Shown: positions 62,722-64,000 of the stretch, piece by piece | Position numbering within the stretch: position 1 is the first letter of the stretch | Layout: each line of letters opens with the position of its first letter | DNA from: a virus | Lineage: Duplodnaviria; Caudoviricetes | Reading direction: 5' to 3' (one strand) | IMG/VR virus record: IMGVR_UViG_2636415863_000002 | Coordinates: 19,803 to 83,802 of that record | DNA length: 64,000 nucleotides | Program-made: the position numbers and the translations under genes | The notes under the pieces: generated by a model | What the model was told of the DNA's origin: nothing | Seen by the model: only the letters and a program-made list of their open reading frames with translations | The model's database searches: none

Positions 62722-64000
62722 GAAGCGCAAGACCGCCCGGTATGGCCAGGGCAAGCGATGGCGGGTCGCCGGCATCCCCGGCGTCCGCGACCGCTCCTTC
62801 GAAAACAAGACCGGCCCCGACGGCGCAGACGCCTGGCTCGCAGACGCCCAGAGCAAGAGCCGCGCAGGGGAGTTCATCGACCCCCGCAGCGGCAACCTGA
62901 CGCTCACCGAGTACATCGAAGACGAGTGGTGGCCGTCAGTTACGGGCGATGTGTCTACGCTTCAAACCGTCAAGGGCCGCGTGTGGAACCACATCATCCC
63001 ACTCATGGGACACCAGACGCTCAACGCGATCAAGGTCGCACAGCTGCGCGCCTTCGTGAAAGAGCTCAACAAGCAGACTGGCCCAGGGACTGCACTCGCG
63101 GCCTGGGGCTATCTGTCGTCCATTCTGCAGATGGCTGTTGAGGACGAGCGGATCCCACGAAATTACGCAACCTATCGATCTGTCAGGGCCGGGTTGCCAA
63201 AGCGCCCGGAGCGCAAGGCGCGGGCCTGGCAACGTGATCGAGTTCGGGCCGTTCAAAAGGCCATGGACTCGCGGTTCCAGGTGATGGTCGATCTGGGCGT
63301 GGGTGTCGGGCTACGGCAAGGGGAAGTCTTCGGGCTGTCCGTTGAGGACATCGATGAGGGGGCCGGCGTTATCCATGTCCGCCGGCAGATCCGCAAGATC
63401 GGCGGCAGGCTCGTATTTGCACCTCCCAAAGGGGGCAAGACGCGCGATGTGCCACTGCCGGGTCAAGTGGCGAGCAGGCTGCGCAGCCACCTCGAGGCAT
63501 TCCCGGCTTCTGGCGTGACCCTGCCCTGGATGAACCCGGAGACGCCGACCTCGGAGAAGGAGCGCAAGGACTGGGCGCCCCAGACGCATGTCTTGGTCGT
63601 TACCGCAGTACGGGGTGGTCCGCTCCGCAGGGACAGCTGGAATCTGCGCCAGTGGAAGCCTGCCCTTGCCGCGGCCGGCGTCATCACGGAACCTGAGATG
63701 CTCCAGCAGGTCTCCAGCGACGGTAAGAGAGAGTGCACCGTGCTGAAGTACGAGGAGAGCAGGGAGCACGGGTTCCACGCCCTGAGGCATACCTTCGCGT
63801 CGGTGCACCTGGACGCTCGGGAGAACCCGGTGGCAGTCTCGAAGTGGCTGGGCCACGCGGACCCGAGTATCACGCTCCGGATTTACGCGCACATGATGCC
63901 CGAGGCGGATGGCCGCGGGCGGGCAGCGATGGACGCCTGGTTCGAGGCCACCCCAGACTTATTCTCCCCAGATTCTCCCCAGGGTGTCGAAGCGGAATGA
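62663..64000 (+). CDS. int: Tyrosine integrase
   Basis: MAGYIEDRW start; GLRQGE, K.GK.R.VP, FHALRH.FAS, LGH.D...TLR.YAH catalytic residues. Confidence 0.95.
   Translation: MAGYIEDRWWTKKPDPKTGKKRKTARYGQGKRWRVAGIPGVRDRSFENKTGPDGADAWLADAQSKSRAGEFIDPRSGNLTLTEYIEDEWWPSVTGDVSTLQTVKGRVWNHIIPLMGHQTLNAIKVAQLRAFVKELNKQTGPGTALAAWGYLSSILQMAVEDERIPRNYATYRSVRAGLPKRPERKARAWQRDRVRAVQKAMDSRFQVMVDLGVGVGLRQGEVFGLSVEDIDEGAGVIHVRRQIRKIGGRLVFAPPKGGKTRDVPLPGQVASRLRSHLEAFPASGVTLPWMNPETPTSEKERKDWAPQTHVLVVTAVRGGPLRRDSWNLRQWKPALAAAGVITEPEMLQQVSSDGKRECTVLKYEESREHGFHALRHTFASVHLDARENPVAVSKWLGHADPSITLRIYAHMMPEADGRGRAAMDAWFEATPDLFSPDSPQGVEAE
63961..63982. repeat. Direct repeat ATTCTCCCCAG x2, candidate integrase arm-type site
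   Basis: Tandem 11-bp repeat at the 3' end of int, where att usually follows. Confidence 0.5.

Larger units (their letters stand above)
1..64000. mobile_element. Temperate siphovirus prophage (Streptomyces-like), extends beyond the left edge
   Basis: Terminase-portal-scaffold-capsid-tail gene order, early replication/recombination genes, divergent repressor/Cro-like pair and a tyrosine integrase. Confidence 0.95.

Overview
The window is a high-GC, Streptomyces-like temperate siphovirus prophage, covered from the start of the tape-measure gene (left edge) to the tyrosine integrase (right edge). 1-17.1 kb (minus strand) holds tail, head and packaging genes. 17.2-38.4 kb is an accessory block containing a WXG100/Tox-REase-2 toxin-immunity pair, an AICE-like TraB/Spd transfer module with a candidate clt site, a second Rep-like protein, Nudix and RraB-like genes, and a Panacea toxin-antitoxin pair. 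38.4-61.6 kb (mostly minus strand) holds early, replication and recombination genes, and 61.8-64 kb holds the repressor and integrase. The top observations are: (1) a phage-encoded bldA-like tRNA-Leu(UAA) between whiB-like and sigma-like genes, with in-frame TTA codons in several element genes; (2) a TraB conjugation module with an 11-bp-phased dyad clt-like site embedded in a prophage, suggesting a conjugative prophage; (3) a minimal Prp cysteine protease between scaffold and capsid genes that share an N-terminal WFxLxRH motif, a candidate cleavage signal. All family assignments come from motif recognition by eye, not from database searches.
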